Source of the DNA: an uncultured Dehalococcoidia bacterium | GTDB lineage: Bacteria > Chloroflexota > Dehalococcoidia > Lucifugimonadales > CAZDRU01 | Length of the DNA stretch: 64,000 nt | Assembly: GCA_964508175.1 (NCBI GenBank) | Contig: CAZDRU010000042.1 | Location: 53,261 to 117,260, forward strand | Direction: 5' to 3' | Part shown: positions 47,165 through 56,177 of the stretch, one piece after another | How positions within the stretch are numbered: position 1 is the stretch's first letter | How the letters are laid out: every line of letters starts with the position of its first letter | Notes under the pieces: model-generated | What the model saw: the letters and a program-made list of their open reading frames with translations, nothing else | The model's database searches: none | Told to the model about the DNA's origin: nothing | Made by a program: the position numbers and the translations under genes

Positions 47165-47193
47165 TTGACATGTGTACTTGATTTACCTAGAAT
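47165..47193 (+). promoter_or_regulatory. Near-consensus sigma70-type promoter for rplU-rpmA-rpmE
   Basis: TTGACA (47165-47170), 17-nt spacer, TAGAAT (47188-47193). It lies 18 nt upstream of the rplU ATG. Confidence 0.5.
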
Positions 47194-47210
47194 TTTTTAT
47201 TGGAGTAAAA

Positions 47211-47552
47211 ATGGAATACGCTATAATCAAAACTGGAGGCAAACAATATCAAGTAATACCAGGTGAAACTGTTGATGTTGAAAAATTGCCAGTAGAACAA
47301 GGTTCTTTAATTGAATTAGACAACGTTCTTGCTATTTCGAAGAAAGGGAAAATTCGTTTTGGTTCCCCTACACTCAAAGGAGCAAAAGTCGTTGCTGAAG
47401 TTACAGATCAAGCAAAGGATGACAAAATTACTGTATTTAAATTCAAACCAAAAACACGATACAGCGTTAAAAAAGGACATCGAAGAGCTTTTACACGGCT
47501 TAAGATACGAGAAATTTTATCGCGATCTACTAGGAGTAAAGATGGCTCATAA
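47211..47552 (+). CDS. rplU: 50S ribosomal protein L21
   Basis: [15 protein letters not shown]...[17 protein letters not shown] 47211 with a GGAG RBS. The upstream extension in the ORF track is rejected. Confidence 0.95.
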   Translation: MEYAIIKTGGKQYQVIPGETVDVEKLPVEQGSLIELDNVLAISKKGKIRFGSPTLKGAKVVAEVTDQAKDDKITVFKFKPKTRYSVKKGHRRAFTRLKIREILSRSTRSKDGS

Positions 47553-47802
47553 AAAAGCAGGTGGTAGTAGTAGAAATGGTCGAGATTCGAATTCGAAACG
47601 ATTAGGTGTGAAAAAATATAGTGGAGAATTTGTTTTATCAGGAAATATTATTGTTCGACAAAGAGGTTCAAAAATAACCGCGGGAACAAATGTTAAAATT
47701 GGCAAAGATCATACTTTGTTCTCTCTTATTGATGGCTCAATTCAATATGAATGGGGGAAAAAGGGAAAACGACAAGTTAGTGTTTACCCATTTAATACAT
47801 AA
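47542..47802 (+). CDS. rpmA: 50S ribosomal protein L27
   Basis: [26 protein letters not shown]..., [13 protein letters not shown]. Overlaps rplU by 11 nt. Confidence 0.95.
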   Translation: MAHKKAGGSSRNGRDSNSKRLGVKKYSGEFVLSGNIIVRQRGSKITAGTNVKIGKDHTLFSLIDGSIQYEWGKKGKRQVSVYPFNT

Positions 47803-48005
47803 TGAAATCTAAAATTCATCCAAAATATTATCATAATGCAGAAGTTACTTGTTCTTGTGGACAAAAATTTACTACCGGTTCAACACAACAAGAATTAAAA
47901 GTAGAAATATGTAGTAAATGCCACCCTTTCTTCACTGGTGAACAACGAATAGTTGATACAGAAGGTAGAGTCGAAAGACTAAAACGACGTTTCCGATTAG
48001 AATAA
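47802..48005 (+). CDS. rpmE: 50S ribosomal protein L31 (Zn-ribbon type A)
   Basis: [14 protein letters not shown]...[15 protein letters not shown] junction with rpmA. Confidence 0.95.
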   Translation: MKSKIHPKYYHNAEVTCSCGQKFTTGSTQQELKVEICSKCHPFFTGEQRIVDTEGRVERLKRRFRLE

Positions 48006-48029
48006 ATTCTTTGTTGAAAATAAAGAATT
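48005..48029 (+). terminator. Weak AT-rich hairpin after rpmE
   Basis: AATTCTTT (48005-48012), 9-nt loop, AAAGAATT (48022-48029). Only one G:C pair and no clear U-tract. Confidence 0.2.
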
Positions 48030-48093
48030 ATTCACCAGATAAACTAAAACTTTTAACAGTCTTTAATGCATATATTCTTAATTATCAAATTTC

Positions 48094-49011
48094 ATGAATA
48101 AAAAAAACACAGTATATGGAGGACAAGCACTTATAGAAGGAGTAATGATCCGAGGCCCTGCATATTATGCAATAGCTGTTAGAAGACAAAATAGTAGTAT
48201 CTTTATTCAATCTAAAAAAGTTTCTGATTTCTTCCAAAAATTCTCAACAAAATTTCCCATAATACGGGGGATTATTGTATTAATTGATATGCTTATCACT
48301 GGCTTCTCTGCCCTAAATCGTTCTGCTCAAATTGCTCTTGAAGACATTACAAATGAAAAAGAAAAAACTAAATCTCAACAAATATTTACTTTTCTTTCTT
48401 TCGCTATAGGTTTAGGATTTGGAATCATATTATTTTTAATAATTCCTTTAGGAGCTTCAAAATTACTCAAATTTATATTCGACAATCAAATTTTCATACA
48501 TCTTATGGAAGGAGTAATTAGATTATTAATACTGTTTATATATCTTTTAGTAATTGGGAAAATGCCTGATATAAAACGAGTATTCCAATATCATGGAGCA
48601 GAACATATGGTAGTTCATAGCCATGAAAACAACCTGGAATTAACCGTAGAAAACGCTCGGAAATTTTCTACTCAACATCCAAGATGTGGCACATCTTTTC
48701 TTGTTATAGTTATGATAATGACAATATTAGTTTTTACTTTCCTGCCCTTGATCCTGCCTTTGATACACCAATCGAATAACTTTATTATTGAGTTAATTTA
48801 TAGGATACTATTAGTTCCAATCATCGGAGGAATTAGTTATGAATTTATTCGTTTGTTTGGTAAAAATGCAAATAATTCTGTAGTTAAAATATTATTGATT
48901 CCTGGTCTATGGTTACAAAATTTAACAACTAATCCACCAGAAGATGACCAAATAGAAGTAGCGTTAGCATCAATGAATTCTGTTTTAGAAGCAGAACAAG
49001 GAAATTCATAA
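48094..49011 (+). CDS. DUF1385-family membrane protein
   Basis: VYGGQALIEGVMIRGP, YHGAEHMVVH, QHPRCGTSF. Confidence 0.7.
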   Translation: MNKKNTVYGGQALIEGVMIRGPAYYAIAVRRQNSSIFIQSKKVSDFFQKFSTKFPIIRGIIVLIDMLITGFSALNRSAQIALEDITNEKEKTKSQQIFTFLSFAIGLGFGIILFLIIPLGASKLLKFIFDNQIFIHLMEGVIRLLILFIYLLVIGKMPDIKRVFQYHGAEHMVVHSHENNLELTVENARKFSTQHPRCGTSFLVIVMIMTILVFTFLPLILPLIHQSNNFIIELIYRILLVPIIGGISYEFIRLFGKNANNSVVKILLIPGLWLQNLTTNPPEDDQIEVALASMNSVLEAEQGNS

Positions 49012-49056
49012 TATTAATCTTGAAAATTGAATTATTTAATATAAGCGAGGCAAAAA

Positions 49057-50022
49057 ATGTCTTTTTGGGTTAAAGGTAATATACATACTCATACAACGGA
49101 ATCTGATGGAGATGCTGACCCTAAATCTGTAATGAAATGGTATAAAGATCATGAATATGATTTTCTTGTTATTACGGACCATAATCATCGAACTATTATC
49201 GATTTTGATAATAACAATCCTCAGTCAGAAAAAGAACTAGTTTTAATTCCAGGAGAAGAAGTAACAGCTCACGTATTAGAAGATTTTGCAAAAAACATAC
49301 TGAATTATGGAGTAGACGGGAAAATTCCAATTCATATCAATGGGATAGATATAAAAAAAGTCGTTGAACCAATCCACACAAAAGATATAGTAACTACATT
49401 ACAAGCAAATATTGATGCAATCAAAAATGCAGGTGGACTTGTTTCACTAAACCATCCAAATTACAAATGGGCTTTCGATCATACTCAAATATCTAAACTT
49501 AAGAATGTTGATTTATTAGAAATATTTAATGGTCATCCTGCTGTAAATGTATATGGAGCTGTTGGAAAATATTCGTGCGAGCAAATTTGGGATAACGTCT
49601 TATCAAATGGCCAAAAAATTTTTGGAGTTGCTACTGACGATTCTCATCATTACCACGATTTTGCATATAATAAATCAAATCCCGGACGTGGTTGGATTGT
49701 AGCTAAAGTAAAAGAATTGTCAAAAAATAATATCGTCTCTGCAATTAAATCTGGTGATTTTTATGCCTCAACTGGCATAGAAATGGAAAACATTATTATT
49801 AATAATAATGTTATGGAACTCGAAATCAAACCAGAAATAGGATGGACACACAACTCAAACATGCAATATCGCATAGATTTCATAACTCAAAATGGACAGG
49901 TAATAAAACAAATTAATGACATAAAAGCAAAATGTAATCTCGAAAATCATTCAGGATATGTTAGAGCAACAATCTCATCTTCATCAGGTCCAAAAGCTTG
50001 GATCCAACCTGTATATATTTAA
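49057..50022 (+). CDS. PHP-domain-like (CehA/McbA-type) metal-dependent hydrolase
   Basis: GNIHTHTTESDGD, FLVITDHNH, NHPNY, ATDDSHH. Confidence 0.55.
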   Translation: MSFWVKGNIHTHTTESDGDADPKSVMKWYKDHEYDFLVITDHNHRTIIDFDNNNPQSEKELVLIPGEEVTAHVLEDFAKNILNYGVDGKIPIHINGIDIKKVVEPIHTKDIVTTLQANIDAIKNAGGLVSLNHPNYKWAFDHTQISKLKNVDLLEIFNGHPAVNVYGAVGKYSCEQIWDNVLSNGQKIFGVATDDSHHYHDFAYNKSNPGRGWIVAKVKELSKNNIVSAIKSGDFYASTGIEMENIIINNNVMELEIKPEIGWTHNSNMQYRIDFITQNGQVIKQINDIKAKCNLENHSGYVRATISSSSGPKAWIQPVYI

Positions 50023-50041
50023 AAAATCACAAGGAATCTCA

Positions 50042-50974
50042 TTGAACCTTCATTTTAAAATAGCGACATTCTATGAATTTAAAACAGTAGATAATTTGCA
50101 ATATTTATCAAAATCTTTAAAAACTTTCTGCAAAAAAAACAAATTATTAGGAACGATAATTATAGCTCCAGAAGGAATTAACGGAACAATTGCAGGATTA
50201 TCCAAGGCAATAAATGACTTTACAAATTATGCAAGAACTTTAAATTTTCAGAACTTAAATATAAAATATTCGAAAACACTCAACATGCCTTTCTATAGAA
50301 ATAAAATTAAAATTAAAAAAGAAATAGTATCATTCTTAAAAAAACCAATTAACCCAAACAAACCTAAAGCCAAGTCTATTTCCTCTAAAGAATGGAACGA
50401 ATTAATAAAACAACCTAACGTAATCACTATAGACGTTCGCAACGAATATGAAAGTAAATTAGGGTCATTCAAAAATTCGATCTCCCCTAAAACTAAATCC
50501 TTTATTGAATTTAAAAAATATATTGAAACTAAACTAAGCGACTATAAAAAGAAAAAAGTTGCTTTGTATTGCACCGGTGGAATACGTTGTGAAAAAGCAT
50601 CATATTACATGAAAAAATTGGGATTTGAAGAAGTTTTTCAATTAAATGGGGGAATATTAAAATATTTGGAAGATATTTCTGACAATGAATCTTTATGGGT
50701 TGGAGAATGTTTTGTATTTGATAATCGAGTAACAGTAACATCAGATTTAAATAAAGGCAACTATGACCTATGTCATGGCTGTAAGGAACCAATTTCTTAT
50801 ATAGACCAAATTTCTGATAAATTTGAAAAAGATGTATCTTGCCCTAACTGTTACGAAATATCTAGTGAAAACAAAAAGAATAATTCTCGAGAAAGAGCAA
50901 AGCAAATACAATTAGCTAAAAAACGAAAAACTTCTAATGTCTATTTACCAAAATCAATTAAAGATTATAGATAA
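50042..50974 (+). CDS. trhO: Rhodanese-domain protein of the UPF0176/TrhO (tRNA U34 hydroxylase) family, TTG start proposed
   Basis: (M)NLHFKIATFYEF, GTIIIAPEGINGTIAG, rhodanese active-site loop YCTGGIRCEKA, C-terminal CHGC...CPNC. AAGGA lies 7 nt upstream of TTG 50042, which removes the 65-nt overlap implied by ATG 49958. Confidence 0.75.
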   Translation: MNLHFKIATFYEFKTVDNLQYLSKSLKTFCKKNKLLGTIIIAPEGINGTIAGLSKAINDFTNYARTLNFQNLNIKYSKTLNMPFYRNKIKIKKEIVSFLKKPINPNKPKAKSISSKEWNELIKQPNVITIDVRNEYESKLGSFKNSISPKTKSFIEFKKYIETKLSDYKKKKVALYCTGGIRCEKASYYMKKLGFEEVFQLNGGILKYLEDISDNESLWVGECFVFDNRVTVTSDLNKGNYDLCHGCKEPISYIDQISDKFEKDVSCPNCYEISSENKKNNSRERAKQIQLAKKRKTSNVYLPKSIKDYR

Positions 50975-50975
50975 A

Positions 50976-51608
50976 CTATTTTTTCTCCATACGATTACCT
51001 AATTCTTTCCATACTTCATTCAAAGGAATATCAAGTGCTTTCAAAAAAACCACAAGATGATATAGCAAATCTGCCATTTCTTGAATAGTTTCATTTTTAT
51101 CTCGATTATTTCCAGCTAAAGCTACCTCTCCAGATTCCTCTATTATTTTTTGAGCTATTCTTGAAATCCCATCATCAAGTAATTTGCTAGTATAACTATC
51201 TTTAGGTTTATTTTTTGCTTTTTCCGCTATGATACTAGCTAATTTTTCCAATACAAATGAATCCTCTGTTCGTTTTTCTAAAATATTATTAGTTGTTTTC
51301 ACATTAACTTTGGTAAAAAAACATGATCTGTTTCCTGTATGACAACTGGGGCCTTCTGGCAATACTTGCAATAATATAGCATCTTTATCGCAATCAACAG
51401 ATAAAGTTACAACATTAAGATGATTTCCAGACTCTTCTCCTTTAAGCCATAATTTATTTCTGCTACGGCTAAAAAACCAAGCTCTTTGGGAATCTAAAGT
51501 TTTTTGATAAGCTTCTGCATTCATATATGCAACCATTAATATTTCTTTAGTTTCATAATGTTGTGCAATAGCTACACATAATTTATTGTTTTCAAAATCT
51601 AATGACAT
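50976..51608 (-). CDS. hisIE: Bifunctional phosphoribosyl-AMP cyclohydrolase / phosphoribosyl-ATP pyrophosphatase
   Basis: HisI: MVAYMNAEA...FFSRSRNKLW.KGE.SGN...DCD.DA.L..V...GPSCHTG..SCF. HisE: YTSKLL..G...IAQKI.EE..E. Confidence 0.9.
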   Translation of the reverse strand: MSLDFENNKLCVAIAQHYETKEILMVAYMNAEAYQKTLDSQRAWFFSRSRNKLWLKGEESGNHLNVVTLSVDCDKDAILLQVLPEGPSCHTGNRSCFFTKVNVKTTNNILEKRTEDSFVLEKLASIIAEKAKNKPKDSYTSKLLDDGISRIAQKIIEESGEVALAGNNRDKNETIQEMADLLYHLVVFLKALDIPLNEVWKELGNRMEKK

Positions 51609-51617
51609 AAATTCACA

Positions 51618-52331
51618 CTATAAATCTTCTAATATATTTTCTAATTCTGAAATATTACTCACACTATACATAGGTTGTATTGGAAAATTTTTTAGAGGTT
51701 CATTAAATCTATTCACCCAAACAGTTTTCATTCCTATTCTCCCAGCTCCAAGTATATCATCAAATTTATTATCTCCAATAAACAGACATTCTTCAGGTTT
51801 AAGTTTAAGTTCATCAAGCAAATATTTAAATACTTTTGGATGAGGTTTATATAATTTCAGTTGTTCTGATGTTTTTACTATCGGAAAAACTAATTTATTT
51901 CTTTCAAGAATCGGAAATAAATATTCATCATCTGCATTTGATAAAATTCCTGTATGCCATTTTTTTTGAAGTTTACTAATAACACTTTTTACTTCAGGAT
52001 ATAAAGGAGTCTTTTGTAATTCTTTAATAAGCAAATCTACAGAACGTTCTGCATTAGCAAGGCAATTCAGATGAAAATAAGTCATCCTGAAACAGTTAAG
52101 CCAAACTTCTTTATAACTCTCAAATAGAAGTTCTTTTTCTTTTTCATCAATATAAGCCCTCTTTTTCCTGAAAATTAATTCTCTTCTTTTCCATTCAGCC
52201 CATAAATTTAAAGGATCAATATTAAGTGATTGTTTAACTACAATAACTTCAAAAATGCGAATCCATCTATCGCTTGTATTAGGCACAAGTGTTTCAAATA
52301 AATCAAAAATTAAAGCTTTGACATTTATCAT
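51618..52331 (-). CDS. HAD-superfamily hydrolase with dehalogenase-type motif I
   Basis: Motif I ALIFDLFETL (the Asp+2 position is Phe), motif II GILSNAD, motif III KPHPKVF, motif IV IGDNKFDD. Zero-nt spacer to hisF and 9 nt to hisIE. Confidence 0.7.
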   Translation of the reverse strand: MINVKALIFDLFETLVPNTSDRWIRIFEVIVVKQSLNIDPLNLWAEWKRRELIFRKKRAYIDEKEKELLFESYKEVWLNCFRMTYFHLNCLANAERSVDLLIKELQKTPLYPEVKSVISKLQKKWHTGILSNADDEYLFPILERNKLVFPIVKTSEQLKLYKPHPKVFKYLLDELKLKPEECLFIGDNKFDDILGAGRIGMKTVWVNRFNEPLKNFPIQPMYSVSNISELENILEDL

Positions 52332-53135
52332 TTAAATTCTCACTCCAACACCTTTAGAAGATAAATATTCTTTTGCTTCTTTAATCGAATACTTTCCAAA
52401 GTGAAATATGCTTGCCGCGAGTACAGCATCTGCTTTTCCTAATGTTAATCCATCATGTAAATCTTCAAGAGACCCAGCTCCCCCACTAGCAATTACGGGA
52501 ACCTCAACTGAAGTAGAAATTTCTTTATTTAAATCCAAATCATATCCACTTTTAGTCCCATCCATATCCATACTTGTTAGTAATAATTCCCCAGATCCCA
52601 TTTTCACAACTTTTTTTGCCCATTTTACTGCATCAATACCAGTAGAAACCCTACCTCCGTAAGTATAAACTTCCCATATTGAATTAGAATCTATGCCTAA
52701 TTCATCATTCACTTTATTATTTGTTTTTGACGTAATTCGCTTTGCATCAATAGCAATAACTATACACTGATTTCCAAACATCTCAGCACTTTCTTTAATA
52801 ATATTCGGGTTTTCTACAGCCGCAGTATTGAGTGAAACTTTATCCGCTCCTGCTCTCAAAATAGCCTTAATATCATCTAAATTTCTAATTCCGCCTCCGA
52901 CAGTTAATGGAATAAAAACTTGCTTAGAAACATTTTTGACTACGTCTATCATAGTATTACGGTTTTCAGCACTAGCAGTAATATCAAGGAAAACCAGTTC
53001 ATCAGCTCCTTCATTATTATAAACTTCCGCCATGCGTACTGGGTCACCAGCATCTGTTAAATTAACAAAGCTAATACCTTTCACAACTCTTCCTTGATCA
53101 ACATCAAGACAGGGTATTAATCTTTTAGTTAACAA
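52332..53135 (-). CDS. hisF: Imidazole glycerol phosphate synthase cyclase subunit
   Basis: [45 protein letters not shown]. Confidence 0.95.
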   Translation of the reverse strand: MLTKRLIPCLDVDQGRVVKGISFVNLTDAGDPVRMAEVYNNEGADELVFLDITASAENRNTMIDVVKNVSKQVFIPLTVGGGIRNLDDIKAILRAGADKVSLNTAAVENPNIIKESAEMFGNQCIVIAIDAKRITSKTNNKVNDELGIDSNSIWEVYTYGGRVSTGIDAVKWAKKVVKMGSGELLLTSMDMDGTKSGYDLDLNKEISTSVEVPVIASGGAGSLEDLHDGLTLGKADAVLAASIFHFGKYSIKEAKEYLSSKGVGVRI

Positions 53136-53163
53136 TTTATTATTCCATTCATTTTAAATTAAT

Positions 53164-53892
53164 CTAATTTGTTTTTTGGTTAATTAATTTTATTAATGTA
53201 TCAAGTTCTAATACTTTATCTAAAAGAGCCTTGCCAAGAATAGCACTTTCAGCACCAATTTCCCTTAATTGAATCAATTGTTCTGCTTTTGCTATTCCAC
53301 CAGAAGCTTGTATAGCAGAATTACTAGTTAAAACTAATTCTTTAATACTTTTAAAATTTGGAGAAGTTAACGTTCCATCACGTTCAACATCGGTATACAA
53401 AAAACGTTGCACATCAAATACTTGCATCAATCTAATTAATTCTAAAGGAGTATGATTGCTCTTTTCCGTCCATCCATTAACCGTAACTTTATGATCTTTA
53501 GCATCTATGGCTACTATTATATTTTCTGGACTATATTGAATACAGATTTCTTCAACAATTTCAGGATTTGTAACTGCAATAGTACCTAAAACTATACGAT
53601 CAATCCCTATATCCATAATTCTTTGCGCACGCTCTAAAGATCTAATGCCACCACCAAACTGAATATTAATCTGATAACGTTTTTTTAAAGATTCAATGAT
53701 TTCAAGATTATTGCTTTGTTCTCCAATTGCTCCATCAAGATCAACAATATGTATCCATTTCGCACCAGAACTAATCCACGATTCAATTAGAGTTTCTGGA
53801 GCTATTTGATAAACTGTTTCTGCTGAATAATCACCTTGATATAATCGCACGCATTTTCCATTTCGAAAATCTATTGCAGGAATTATTTCCAT
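53164..53892 (-). CDS. hisA: ProFAR isomerase
   Basis: MEIIPAIDFRNGKCVRLYQGDY, HIVDLDGA, QFGGGIRS, ASGGI. Confidence 0.9.
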   Translation of the reverse strand: MEIIPAIDFRNGKCVRLYQGDYSAETVYQIAPETLIESWISSGAKWIHIVDLDGAIGEQSNNLEIIESLKKRYQINIQFGGGIRSLERAQRIMDIGIDRIVLGTIAVTNPEIVEEICIQYSPENIIVAIDAKDHKVTVNGWTEKSNHTPLELIRLMQVFDVQRFLYTDVERDGTLTSPNFKSIKELVLTSNSAIQASGGIAKAEQLIQLREIGAESAILGKALLDKVLELDTLIKLINQKTN

Positions 53893-53907
53893 AAAATTCT
53901 CCGATAT

Positions 53908-54531
53908 TTAAAAGGTTGAATTTTCTATTAATTCAATAAAGTTTTTGTAAATTAATAAACCAGTGGATCCACTTTTTTCTGGATGAAATTGAGTGCCAAC
54001 TACATTATTAGAATGTAAAACACTACAGAATTTTCCATCATATTCAGTAGTTGCTAAAACATTATCAATCATTTTTGGTTCAACAAAATAACTATGAACA
54101 AAATAAAAATAACTTCCATTTGGAATATCATTAAAAAGTGGGTGTTTATTTTTCAGAAAAACTTTGTTCCATCCCATATGGGGTACTTTTAATTTAGTAT
54201 TAAATCGTTTTGTTTGTCCAGGAACAATACCCAAACACTCAGTCGATCCTTCTTGAGAAATATCCATAAGTAATTGGTATCCCAGGCAAATTGCTAAAAA
54301 GGGGATGCCTTTATTTATTGACTCAATAATAGCATTAACAAGTCCCCGTTCATGCAAATTATACATAGCAGAAATTGCTGAACCAACCCCTGGTAATATT
54401 AATGCATCTGCTTTTTTAATATCATTCAATTCACTAGAAACAGTAACATCAGTTGACCAATATTTAAATGCGTTTACTACGCTCATGAGATTACCGCTCC
54501 CATGATCCACTACTACGATATTTCTACTCAT
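53908..54531 (-). CDS. hisH: Imidazole glycerol phosphate synthase glutaminase subunit
   Basis: VVDHGSGNL.SV, LPGVGS, ICLGYQLL (Cys nucleophile), HMGWN, FYFVHSY, GTQFHPEKS. Confidence 0.95.
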   Translation of the reverse strand: MSRNIVVVDHGSGNLMSVVNAFKYWSTDVTVSSELNDIKKADALILPGVGSAISAMYNLHERGLVNAIIESINKGIPFLAICLGYQLLMDISQEGSTECLGIVPGQTKRFNTKLKVPHMGWNKVFLKNKHPLFNDIPNGSYFYFVHSYFVEPKMIDNVLATTEYDGKFCSVLHSNNVVGTQFHPEKSGSTGLLIYKNFIELIENSTF

Positions 54532-54542
54532 ATCCTTCCCTA

Positions 54543-55100
54543 CTAGGATTTATAAATTTCAACTTTTCGATTCTTATCTACATATCTACCAAGTATCCAT
54601 AAAAGATCAGATAACCGATTAAGATACTTAATTACTTCTTCATTAGACAAAGCATGATTAGCATGAAGCTCTAAAACACTTCGTTCTGACCTTCGAACTA
54701 TTGTTCTAGCAACATCTAAAATTGAAGAAACAACTGAAGTTCCTGCAATAACAAATGCTTCTTTTATTTCAATATTTTCTTCAATTTTATCTATATTATT
54801 TTCAAGTTCTTTAACCATTTCTGATGTAACAGGAGGGAAATTAGAAACATATTTTTCATACATATCAGGATCTGTAGCTAATTCACCACCAATTTGAAAA
54901 AGTTCTTTTTGAATTTTACCTAAAATCTCTATTACATCTTTTTCGTTACATTGTGCACGTGCCATACCTATAAAAGCTCCAGCTTCATCAACATCACCAT
55001 AAGCACGACATCTAAGACTATTTTTAGAAACTCTACCTCCATACAATAAAGATGTTTCTCCAAAATCTCCTTTTTTTGTATATATTTTTTTCTTCTTCAA
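54543..55100 (-). CDS. PduO-type ATP:cob(I)alamin adenosyltransferase
   Basis: IYTKKGDFGETSL..G.RVSK, YGDVDEAGAFIGMA, LNRLSDLLW. Confidence 0.8.
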   Translation of the reverse strand: MKKKKIYTKKGDFGETSLLYGGRVSKNSLRCRAYGDVDEAGAFIGMARAQCNEKDVIEILGKIQKELFQIGGELATDPDMYEKYVSNFPPVTSEMVKELENNIDKIEENIEIKEAFVIAGTSVVSSILDVARTIVRRSERSVLELHANHALSNEEVIKYLNRLSDLLWILGRYVDKNRKVEIYKS

Positions 55101-55205
55101 AATAATTCTTCAATCCTTTTAGTTTTTCGTGCTCTACAAACGTGATTGTAGCATAACGTAATTTGCTTCTCTATTAATCAAATATAATAATAATGTTGTC
55201 TCTTA

Positions 55206-56039
55206 TTATTTTTCATTTCTAATTGAACTTTTCCAGTTATATTTAAGCCACTCATAACTTAACACTCCACCTGCAATTGCGACATTAAGACTTTCAGACT
55301 TTCCAAGCATAGGCAAAGTAACAAAATCATCAATATATTCGTTTAAAGTTTGATCTAAACCTCTTGATTCATTTCCAAGTAAAATAGCAAGAGAACCATC
55401 AAAAATATTTGTTTTCCACGGAATTTCACCTTTAACAGGATCTGTTCCTATGATCTTAAATTTTTTCTTAATTTCATTTAAACACTCAAATATATCATCT
55501 CTAATAATCAAAGGAACTGAAAATATCGAACCCATACTAGCTGATACTACTTTTATATCAAATGGATCAACACATGGACTTAACAAAATGACTGAAAAAG
55601 CTCCTACACTATCAGCTACTCTAATTAATGTCCCAAGATTTCCAGGGTCCTGTAATCGGTCTAAAATTAAAACTAATTTATTTAAATTTTCATTCTCATT
55701 TTGTTTCATATAATTATCAAAAGAATACTGAACCATATCAAATACTGCTAAAAAACATGTTGGAGTTTCTAATTGACTCATTTTTGTCATCACTTTTTTG
55801 TCAACATAAATAATATCTATTTTCATATTATTAAAAACGCTAAGTAATGCTTCTGATTCACTTGTTTTTAATAACTCTTCAGCGAAAAAAATCTGACAAG
55901 GCATTTTTTTAGATTGCATGGCTAATTCAATGATTTTTTGACCTTCAGCTATAAATAATTGGCGTTGCCATCGATATTTACGTTGAGATAATTTTGTCGT
56001 TTCTACAACTATACGATTTGTAGTAGAAGTAATAATCAT
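55206..56039 (-). CDS. SpoU/TrmH-family RNA 2'-O-methyltransferase
   Basis: DRLQDPGNLGTLIRVADSVG, LLGNESRGL, LPMLGKSESLNVAIAGGV (SPOUT knot motifs). Confidence 0.75.
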   Translation of the reverse strand: MIITSTTNRIVVETTKLSQRKYRWQRQLFIAEGQKIIELAMQSKKMPCQIFFAEELLKTSESEALLSVFNNMKIDIIYVDKKVMTKMSQLETPTCFLAVFDMVQYSFDNYMKQNENENLNKLVLILDRLQDPGNLGTLIRVADSVGAFSVILLSPCVDPFDIKVVSASMGSIFSVPLIIRDDIFECLNEIKKKFKIIGTDPVKGEIPWKTNIFDGSLAILLGNESRGLDQTLNEYIDDFVTLPMLGKSESLNVAIAGGVLSYEWLKYNWKSSIRNEK

Positions 56040-56177
56040 TCAAAAATCACCCATAATTAAATTCTATTAATTTGATCATAAAAATATAATAACGAATTAT
56101 ATCTCATATGATTAAACAGAAAGTATAATATAAAAGAGAACTTTTAAATTTAAGAACAAAATAAGGAAATATCAACC

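Noticed and set aside
55101-55205. The imperfect inverted repeat TGCTCTACAA/TTGTAGCA between the trmH-like gene and the adenosyltransferase gene, as a terminator.
   Set aside because: The stem is short and bulged (6-8 bp) with no U-tract, which is too weak to call.
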